This document shows, in pieces, positions 10,853 to 20,000 of a DNA stretch of 20,000 bases. Source of the DNA: Seison nebaliae. Its lineage: Eukaryota. Within the stretch, counting starts at the first letter, position 1, and the number at the start of each line of letters is the position of its first letter. The DNA lies in contig JALJEE010000715.1 in assembly GCA_023231475.1 (NCBI GenBank), positions 115,961 to 135,960 of the forward strand. The letters are read 5' to 3'. Position numbers and translations under genes: made by a program. The notes under the pieces were generated by a model. It searched no databases and was not told where the DNA came from. It saw only the letters and a list, made by a program, of their open reading frames with translations.

Positions 10853-11163
10853 TTTCCTCGTTCGACTCAAGAGAATTCTTTAGCTTCTTATTTCTAATGT
10901 CATGCCCTTTTGTCAGTCCAATTCTTATTTTGTCCATTTCTCTTTAGTATCTGTAGTTTTCCCCACAGTCAGTACAAATTATATCATGATTTTATTTTAT
11001 TGCTTCTCATCTGGATTTCTTTTCTGTCATTTCCAAACACAAAAAAAAACTATCAATCTCTTCAAACTATTCTATCATTTCCTCCCTTATTTTTTCATTC
11101 TTCTTTTTTCAAATAATAAACTTCTCAATCAATCATTTTCTTCGTTTCATTCTTCCATTACTG

Positions 11164-11566
11164 ATGACCACCAACGAATTGACTGATAGAGAGATGGCTA
11201 GACGAATGAGAGAAATTCTTAATGATAATCAACCATATATTGACCGATATTTGAGAAGATTATCGAAAAATTATGATGTTGCCGATTTGTACGGGGAATA
11301 TCAAAATCCAAGTTACTCAAAATCTTTTATGATTTTTTCCATTTTTTTTTTCAGGAGATGAGAAATTGGAGTGTGATAATAGTGAAGCGGAAAGTGAAAT
11401 CGAGAGTGAAAACGAGACTGAAATGAGTATGGACGTCAGTTGGTCGTCGACTCAAGAGAAGGAATATGCAGAACAACGAGAATATGAGAAACTTTTACAA
11501 CAGAAACGACAAGAGAAATACGATGAAGAAATAAAAGAAAAAAAAGAAGAAAGTGAAAAAGATTGA
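11164..11566 (+). CDS. Hypothetical 119-aa protein with acidic/charged C-terminal half, 2 exons
   Basis: Exons 11164-11311 and 11355-11566 joined by a 43-nt GTTAC..TTTTCAG intron that fuses two track ORFs in frame (..YQNP-R-DEKLECDNSEAESE..). Confidence 0.7.
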
Positions 11567-11675
11567 AAGTTTTGAGATGAGTTTTTCTAAAATTTCTTTT
11601 ATTTCAAAAATTACTAAATTAAATTAATAAAAATGATTTATATGAGGAGAGATATATTGAGGTGAAGAAATTAAA

Positions 11676-13355
11676 TTAGAGATATGTAATCGAATATCGT
11701 GATGATCTATCAGTTCTCTTTAGTAGAAAGAACTTTCTTCCAGTTTTAAATTTGATGAGAAAATTGGAAAGTTTCGAAACGAGGAAATGTACCAATAAAC
11801 TTGACAACATGATCGACGTTTTGATTGGAAAATACACTTTCAACGACTTCTCATATTCTTCGAACAAATTTGGTATTCCGAATACGTCCGCACCAAAACA
11901 TAATCGGAGAATAATACTCATTAGGAGACTGGTAATTGCTCCATAAATATTGGAACTTCCGATATAAATGACGGAAAGGAGTTGTGGGAAGAGTGTCACA
12001 TAAACCAAATCGGCACTCAATATCCATAAACCATAAACTGAATTGGTGGTATTGGCTAAGACGGCTGAAGTGATACCTGCCAAGATGACACTAATTCGGA
12101 TGATCAACGTAACTTCTTTTTCATTCGCCTTCATTCTTTAAATGGAGAATAAAATTCGAAGAAAAATTTAACTTTTCTTCGAATAATTCCTTTCCAGACA
12201 TTATGTGCCAATAATGAAGCGGCCGATAAGATGGAGGAATCGGCACTCGACATAACAGCTGCTGTGATGGCACCAAGTCCACACCACGAAACGATATCTG
12301 GTACGAAATGTTTGATGACAAGAGGTAGAATCAAAGATCCAGTAGGAGTCGTTCCATTGAAAGAAGTTTCTTTCCAATCTAATGAAAATTTTATGAAATG
12401 AAATTTGAATATTTAAAAAAAAGAAATTGAAGAAATAAACTGGCTTGATGTCCGACGTTGCCGATGATGATTGAAGGAATTGCGAAGAAGAAACAGGCAA
12501 TACCTGAAATCATTGAAAGTGACATGGCTTTGGTAGCGGAAGGACTTGCCAATACCCGTTGGAAATAGCATTGCCAAGGCATTGCTCCCAAAATTAATAG
12601 AAAGAAACTATCGAGATAAGAGACGATTTGAATTTTTGAAATTTCTCCATAAAATACGGGAGATTTTAATGAAGTCGTTGTTGCTTTATGATGTAGAATG
12701 AAAGGAATTGATAATAATAAACCGAAAGCGATACAAATTAATTGAACAACATCAGTATGTGCTACCGCCAACAATCCACCGAACAATGTGTAAAAAGTAA
12801 CTAAAGTGGCTGAGATGGTGATGGATAAAGTAGTGGGAAAATCTCCTACAACACCAATAGTCGATCCTTTAAATGGAAAATAAATATAATAAAATAAAAT
12901 AATTAATTAATTTATTTTGAACCTAAAGCAGCTAAAATAGCAGCACACCAAAAAACTTCAGCACAAATAGCTGGTATGATGATAAATATGACGATAAATT
13001 TCCCATACTTCTTTTGGAATGGATCTAACATTGTCACATAATTCGCTTTTCTCATCGGATAAGCAAATAAACGTCCACTGATAATTAAGGAGAGTGCATA
13101 AGCTATTGGTCCTTGACACCAAATAAGACCGTTATTAAAAACAATTTCAGCCGTTCCATTAATATAACCACCACCAACCCAAGTTGCTGTCATGGTAAAT
13201 AAACCGACAAATGTACCAAGTTTTCGACCAGCTATCAATAGATATTCATGACCGTGCAATTTTCTTTTGCACCACGCCTCAAACAAACCAACGAAGAGTA
13301 TGAGCAACATAAATAGAATAATTGAGACGACTCCGACAATTTGTTGAAGTTCCAT
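11676..13355 (-). CDS. SLC5A7: High-affinity choline transporter-like sodium:solute symporter, 4 exons, 505 aa
   Basis: Exons 13355-12923, 12866-12441, 12378-12173, 12128-11676; GTT..AG introns of 56, 62 and 44 nt. Signatures [71 protein letters not shown]. Confidence 0.93.
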
Positions 13356-13874
13356 GTTGAAATGTCGAATTGGAAAAGTTTCTTTTTCTTCAATGAAATT
13401 TCATCGCATGCCACTCATCATCAATGGCATCTGTTACGAGAAATGTTCGTCGTTAACCTTTATGGCGATTCTCACATTACTTTTTAGGGAGCGTCATAAA
13501 AGATCGAGATGACATAAAGAAGCTGAATTGATAGAGCTGATTGTATAAGATCAATTGGAAGAAAATGAAATGGATCAACATTTGAAAATCTTCTCATTCT
13601 CCTTCAATATTTGGAAATTAATTTATTATTTTATAGATATAGATTTTATTTTATACGTATTGTTAAGGTTGAGAATTTGTGAATTGAAAAGACACGTACA
13701 AATTGGAGATGCAAAATACACGTTCGCGTGTAAAAAACAGAGATGTAGATAAGAGAAGGAGATTGTTAGAAAACATTGAATGAAATAACAGATCATTATA
13801 TTCTCTTCTTCTCATTCATTCTGTCACAAACAAATATTTTATTTTTCCCCATTCACAATTTTCTCTGATCAGTG

Positions 13875-14630
13875 ATGAGTTTCATTTCGAAAGTGGGAGT
13901 TCCCACCATCTTCTTCGATGCCATTGAGAATTTTGAATTTTTCGAAATTTATCTTAACGGAACTAGCGATTGTTTGTTGGACGTGAAGAAGAAGATGTCG
14001 AATCTGTTTGGCATTCCAGCCAACGACATTCAGATCAAATACAACACTGGTCAAATCGTCTCTCATATGAATCAGTTGATGAAGAATGAGGGAAATATAT
14101 TCGTCGTTTGCTCCGACGAAAATACGACGAACAAATTTCCGAAAATTCTCAAACCAAATCCATTCGATTGTTCATTTCAAGCGCTCGGCAATTTTCCTCG
14201 ACAAGAAGAACAGGGAACGTTTCTAGACGAATTCTCCAAATTAGATAACGATACGAAAATCGTTTTGTACAAACCACAAAATAAAACGTTTCAAACGATT
14301 AAATTAACGATAAATAATGTGAAATTCGAAGCGAGAATTAATGATCGAACGGAAGAAAATTTCATTTCATTGATGGCATTATATTTGAGTGGTTTACCAC
14401 CACATCCTGGTTTGGTCGACGTTCCCGTAATGTTGAAGAAGGAGGAGAAGATGTTGCGATTTAAAACCGTCGAAATTCCAACTAGCGGTTACTTAATCGA
14501 AGTTGGCTTTCCATTCCTTTTCTCTTCCGTTTACATCGATGATGATGATGAAATTGATACAATAACGACGAGAGCGACGACGACAACAACAACAACAACA
14601 ATTAGTCTTGATAATGAGATAAGATTATGA
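13875..14630 (+). CDS. Ubiquitin-like domain plus degenerate retropepsin-like domain protein (DDI1-like), single exon, 251 aa
   Basis: Uninterrupted ORF. UBL-like segment LLDVKKKMSNLFGIPANDIQIKYNTGQ; IKLTINNVKFEARINDRTEENFIS aligns by eye with DDI [24 protein letters not shown]. Family assignment is inference. Confidence 0.6.
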   Translation: MSFISKVGVPTIFFDAIENFEFFEIYLNGTSDCLLDVKKKMSNLFGIPANDIQIKYNTGQIVSHMNQLMKNEGNIFVVCSDENTTNKFPKILKPNPFDCSFQALGNFPRQEEQGTFLDEFSKLDNDTKIVLYKPQNKTFQTIKLTINNVKFEARINDRTEENFISLMALYLSGLPPHPGLVDVPVMLKKEEKMLRFKTVEIPTSGYLIEVGFPFLFSSVYIDDDDEIDTITTRATTTTTTTTISLDNEIRL

Positions 14631-14994
14631 TTTGTTATCATTAATTTTTTATTGATTTAAGTTAAATAATATTTTGAATATTAATAAATTTTTTTCTATA
14701 CAAAAACGAGAAATCGATTGAGTGAAATCGAATAAAATGGGGGAAATGGATGATGCGCGTAATGATTGGAAATAAATAAATATTGCGATTAAATAAATGG
14801 TTGAAATGGAGAGGGGGAAGAGATTGTGTTGAAGAAAAATGATTGATTAAGAATCGAAGCAGAAAAAACGGAAAATTCTCAGAAAAATTCGAGAATGAAA
14901 AAATGGAACGGATAATAAAAAATATGTTGGGTAAATTTCAATCTTATTATGAAGATGTGATCATCTGAAAATTTATGAAAAAGATTATCGATTA

Positions 14995-17077
14995 TTATAA
15001 TTCAAATTTTGAATCTAATAAGAATTTTTGTCTGGCATCTCTCACGGAACAAGTGTCGACAGTCGGTTTATTTCTACTGAGAGAGAATGTGAGACATTGA
15101 TTCGAAGCGATGTGACGTAATTGACTTGTTGCTTTAAGATAAAGCCATTCCTGATTTCCTTTCAATTTATGACATTGCATCAATTTCACTTCGGAGAACA
15201 TTGATGATACATCGAGACATAATCCATCCATTACTAATTCGTTGATATTCGAATAAACTAATATTTGATTTCCGCCATGTTCATGGCATGAAATCATTCC
15301 GATACTCTCACCTTGTTTCCTTCCCATCGAATCGAGACAATACGATGTCTGATCATGTTTCAATTGACCGACATGTTTCGAATTTAATGGTAATTGAGAA
15401 TTGGGAAATACATTTTCAATGTACCACTCGAAATTTTTACATTTGAGTTTTTTCTGCAAATCCAATCGTTCACTAATATCACCTGCATCCACTTTCTTCA
15501 ATTCCGGCATTTGCGAATAAAAAAATTCTTTATATTTCCCACCCCATACATCGATTAATCGTTTGGTGTTATGATAAATGATCGACGACGTTCCACCAGG
15601 AAAAGTATACGGAGTCTGTTTTCGGAATATGTGACCGACATGAGAACATGTCACTATTAATAATTCACCACCACACATCCAAATACGGAGAGACATCTCC
15701 ACATTCTCAGCACCCCACACCTCCATTCCAGAATCATATGAACCGATTTCGTAGAAATAAGTTCGATCAATACAAAACAATCCACCAGCCATCGCTGGCG
15801 AACGCATTGGCATTGTTCGATCATTATTCCTTCTTTTATTCTCGAAATTGGGAACAGAGAACCATCGGAAACCCATTTTCCAATTGAATCCCCCATAAGT
15901 CAAATCGGAGCCGGTTAAATAAGCGAAATTATCATCACTAATCACATCGATGATGGGACAAGCGACAGCTCTCCGATTTTTCTTCACTTCATGCAACAAC
16001 GGTTCCAACCAACCAGGCGAACATTCTATATGTGCGTCGAGAAAAGTCAAGACCGAACCAGTCGCTTCGCCCGCACCTAAAATGGTAAAAATGGTGAAAA
16101 CCGTCACAAACGTAAATGAAACCTTTCAATCTAGCACGAATTAATCCCGATCGTTTCTTCAAATGGATCAATGTCGTTTTGACAGGTAATGTCCCAAGAA
16201 ATTCTTCTAATGGTTTATTTAAATATTCTAAAATTGAATTAATAATGAAAGAAATTTTTTTTAAATTAAATAAATTTCAATTTAAAATTAAAATTGAAAG
16301 AAACCTCGTCCGACTGATGCGTCATCCACCAAAATAATCTCTTTAATTAATTCCACAGGAGAACGATTGACTATCGATGTTAATGTTCGTCTTAACGTCG
16401 AATTGGCTTCATTATGAAATACGATAATTATCGATGTCGATGGTAAATCTGTATCATATACTTTCGATCGACATCTAATTTAAAATGAGAAAAAAAAAAT
16501 ATTATTTTTAAAAATTTTATTTAAAAAATAAATTGAGAACTTTTTTTGTCGTTGATCTGGTATGGAACGATTGAGAGCGATCATTTCTGATGCAAGAATA
16601 TTGAACTGATTCTCACTGAATCGTCTTTTTTGTTCAGATTGTTGATCAGTTCGTATCGTTACACCCACACCATTCTCTCCGGGCCAATCTGGTGGATTTG
16701 TACGATCATCTGGAACTGAAAAAAAATATTTTTTTTTTATTATTAATTATATAGAAATTCATTTACGAACATGCCCATTTTGACAATTTAGCCATGAGAG
16801 ACGTCTCTTTTAAAAAGCGGAATGCTTTCCTTTTATTAGGCCGATGAACGACGAATGTGTCTGTATTCTTCCTCTTTGTCTCTTTGGAATCATTAACAAA
16901 ATCGTCCGAATCCTCTGCTAAAAGTCTCGCTATGTTATTCTCTTTTTGAGAGATATAAGTGACGGATTTAGTGGAACAATCGGCGAGATAGAGGAGAATG
17001 CACGCGTCCAAAATCAGCCAACATAACGACGTGGCAATGATGACTTTGCAATATTGTTGTCGAATTCGTTTAATCAT
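14995..17077 (-). CDS. GALNT1: Polypeptide N-acetylgalactosaminyltransferase (GALNT1/13-like), 5 exons, 612 aa
   Basis: Exons 17077-16771, 16715-16541, 16474-16305, 16227-16123, 16076-14995; GTT..AG introns of 55, 66, 77 and 46 nt. Type II anchor [16 protein letters not shown], then IVFHNEA, GLIRARL, DxH (FLDAH), MAGGLF, WGAEN, CSHVGH and a C-terminal ricin-type lectin (CLD repeats). Confidence 0.93.
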
Positions 17078-19012
17078 CACCGGGCGAAAAAAGAATTATA
17101 TTTGAATTGATTTAGAATTTTCAAATAATTGAAATTGGAACGGATGATTTCTTCCAATTTCTGATATGATGTGTATATTTAATGAATGTGTGAATTGAGT
17201 GTGAATTGAGGAGAAAGAAATTATTTCAGATTATTCGTTCAATGATCAATTGTGAATAATTCATTTTATTCTTTTTCCCGCTGTTATTACCATTCTTTCA
17301 TCTGCATCAAAAAAGGAAAAGAAGATAAATAAAATTGAAATACTTGTGAAATAATGGGCGTTTTACACGACGTGATTCGTTGTCCTTCAACTCAAGTAAA
17401 ATAAGCTACTCCTTCTAATCGCAATCAAGTGGACGATGTCATGGATTCATGATTCGAGTGTCATTTATATGACAATTATTGCATTATCGAATGTATCGAT
17501 GATGATGATAATGGGGGGAAATATATCATAAATTTCCGACAATTAAATTAATGAGAAAGCCTGTGGTTTAGAGACGGATGTGTATTAAGCGCTCCCATGG
17601 AAATGGTGGAATGGAACGACGATGCTACCAATGGAAAGGAGAACCGGAGGAAGTGCTAAGTTCGATACAAACAAAACTATTTAAGTAATGAAGCGTAGAA
17701 GGAAACTTTTGACATATTAAATCATTTAACTAATTTCTCTTTCAACTTCTTGGCAAAAAAACATGATATGATTCATTGATGTCCATATACTCTCTCACTC
17801 AGTCCATACGTACACATTTCTCTCCTTTTACTTATCAACTTGATTCTACTATGTTAAATCTTTCCAATCGTCCAGTTCTCCCTACAACATTCATTTAGGT
17901 ACCTCACATTTCTTTCCATGTTACAAAATCTTCTTCTACAAAACATATTTCTTATTGCGATGAATTATGATAGTGAAACGTGAATTATCTGATAAATATT
18001 AAGGTCCAACTATTAGTCGTTGAGGATCGGAGGTCAAAATCCATGAAAATAATGATTGAAAAGGAACTTTTTCTTTTCGACCATAATTTGACTGGTCCGT
18101 GCGGAAACTAAAGAAAAAATTATTTTTGTACTTTTTGTTAAGATACGTATTGGAATTGTGCGAGTTCTCTTCCTCGTTAGTTTGGAGGAATAAAATAAAT
18201 TTAATTGCTGTTCAACAGGAAAAAAAACGGATGGATACTATGACGTTGATTCAATTTACATCGAAACACATTAAATCAAATTGGATTGATGTCTAATTGT
18301 GCAAAATTCACTTCCTATTTTTTGTGCCACGTGGAATTGTTGCCTAATAGAATTCTTCTTTGGAGATGTTTCTAGTTGACTTGTCGTAAATTGAGAGAGA
18401 TAGTGGAGATGAGGAAGATCATGAAGAGAAATGTAATGAATCAAATTTCAGTGAAGAGAATTGATGAGATGAATCAGCATGAACCGGAAAACGGCAGAAC
18501 CGAATAGAATTGATGATAAATGAATCTAATAAACTTCAACATTCTAATCTGATTGATGAGTATGAAACATATATGTTCTTCTCTCCCTTTGAAATGAGTG
18601 AATATGAGAATTGTTCTCTTTCGACGAGTTGGTGAAAAGAAAATAATTTCCATCTGCTTATTTGTTCTTATGCATAAAAGAAGAGTATTATATGTGTGAA
18701 ATTGATGAGGAGAGAAAGAAAAGGAGAACAATGGAAAAAAAGGAGAATTTCAGGTACAACAGATCGAATGTTGCTGCATGAAATTTATGAAACTATGAAA
18801 ATGTAAATAATAAAAGAAAATTGTTTTTGGAAGGAAATTGAGAGAATTCTGCATTACACTCCTCAAAAAACTTCTCTCGATGAAGAAAATTTATTTGAAA
18901 AATTTAAAAATAAAATAAATCTGTTGGTTTTTCTTTCATGAAACAATCCATTTATCCATTTATTGAACATCTGAATTAAATAGTTCGATACAACATGTTC
19001 TCTCCGATATTT

Positions 19013-19037
19013 ATTGGACTGATAATATCAGTCCAAT
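19013..19037. repeat. 25-bp palindrome (12-bp arms, 1-nt spacer)
   Basis: attggactgata-a-tatcagtccaat seen directly. Confidence 0.85.
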
Positions 19038-19875
19038 CTGATATTGCATCATATCATGAAAATTATGAAAAAATTATCCTCATTATTCAATCACTGGATG
19101 AAACTCGATAACTTATTTATTGTTTGATTATGTCTGAAAGAAGATTTTATATAAATCAGACCGTCTTCTTACTCTTTAGACCTGCTACATCAATATTTAG
19201 TTTTTAACCTTTTTTCCTTCAACATCCAAAATCTCATCATGATTAAAGTGATGATTAAACTGGTCAATCGAATGGAAGAAACAGTCGACTATGATTAATA
19301 GACAGAAGATGGTGGGAAGAGAAATGGTGGAGAAGAAAGGAAAGTAAAATTTTACTAATAATCATGGGGGAATGTAGATTTTCCGATAATTTATTTAAAA
19401 GGAGAGAACTAGCGGGAGGAAAATTGATGGAAAAGGAAAGTGGTGAAGGAATGAGATCGTATGTAAATAGAAGTTGTAAGGTATGAATGGTGAAAGTCGA
19501 TATGATGGCATATTCCTCCATTTTGACATTATCGACGTGACAAGAGAATGAACAGAACAGCATATTGAGGAGGCCATCTGTATGATGAGATTGATTACTT
19601 CTTTATTAATTTTTATCTACTAAATTACTTCTTGTGAATGGGAACCATCAGGATTATCTATAATATCCGACGGCATCTTCAACCAAAATTCGTCTATTCT
19701 ATTATCTCAGTCTTCGTAAGAAATATCCCTCGAAAAGAAAAGTCGATTTAAATTGCTACGTGATCCTAACAAAGTAGAAGTTAAATAGATTATCTTATAA
19801 GATTGAGATGGAAATAGATGTTTAAAAAAAAGATGGAAATTTTGGATCGAAGTTGACGGAAAGAAATTTTGACTG

Positions 19876-20000
19876 GAAATTTTGGATGAAAATTTTAGAT
19901 GAAAATTTTGGATGAAAATTTTAGATGAAAATTTTGGATGAAAATTTTAGATGAAAATTTTGGATGAAAATTTTAGATGAAAATTTTGGATGAAAATTTT
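19876..20000. repeat. Minisatellite, 13-bp unit GATGAAAATTTTR with alternating A/G (26-bp higher-order repeat), truncated by the window end
   Basis: About 9 units from 19885 alternate gatgaaaatttta and gatgaaaattttg; degenerate copies occur from ~19832. Confidence 0.95.

Noticed and set aside
10704..10937. Minus-strand ORF starting MDKIRIGLTKGH, reminiscent of the RPL36 N-terminus (VGLNKGH)
   Set aside because: Similarity stops after about six residues, no RPL36 core (REV.GFAPYE) was found in the neighbouring frames, and it overlaps the last exon of the EF-hand gene antisense.
17354..17659. Slightly GC-richer stretch with a protein-like frame (MGVLHDVIRC...ECIDDDDNGGKY...)
   Set aside because: Four internal stops in about 100 codons, no recognisable homology and no consistent intron model.
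18099..19577. Track ORFs in the distal region
   Set aside because: Compositionally biased, mostly non-ATG starts, no motifs and no splice-consistent model found.
19876..20000. Terminal repeat as a CRISPR array or telomere
   Set aside because: No unique spacers, eukaryotic context, and the unit does not resemble G-rich telomeric repeats.
1..20000. Alternative genetic code or stop-codon readthrough explaining the fragmented ORFs
   Set aside because: All breaks in conserved genes are resolved by GT..AG introns, and TAA/TGA end the genes at expected positions.

Overview
AT-rich, gene-dense eukaryotic (metazoan) genomic DNA with very short introns, so the ORF track fragments or misses most genes. 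Manual splicing gives ten protein-coding genes: purine nucleoside phosphorylase (-), an unannotated 4-exon 123-aa gene (-), a co-oriented run of three mitochondrial biogenesis genes (GFM2, FMC1, COA1; +), a 9-exon six-EF-hand calbindin/secretagogin-family gene (+), a 2-exon acidic orphan (+), an SLC5A7-like choline transporter (-), a UBL plus retropepsin-like (DDI1-like) protein with no catalytic Asp (+), and a GALNT1/13-like GalNAc transferase (-). The last ~3 kb has no convincing gene and ends in a 13/26-bp minisatellite. The most striking signal is the splice code: 22 of 24 reconstructed introns start GTT rather than GTR, usually lack +5G, follow A-rich exon ends and are mostly 43-56 nt long. 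This suggests a lineage with rewired 5' splice-site recognition. The organism cannot be identified from the sequence alone, and all gene models are by-eye predictions.
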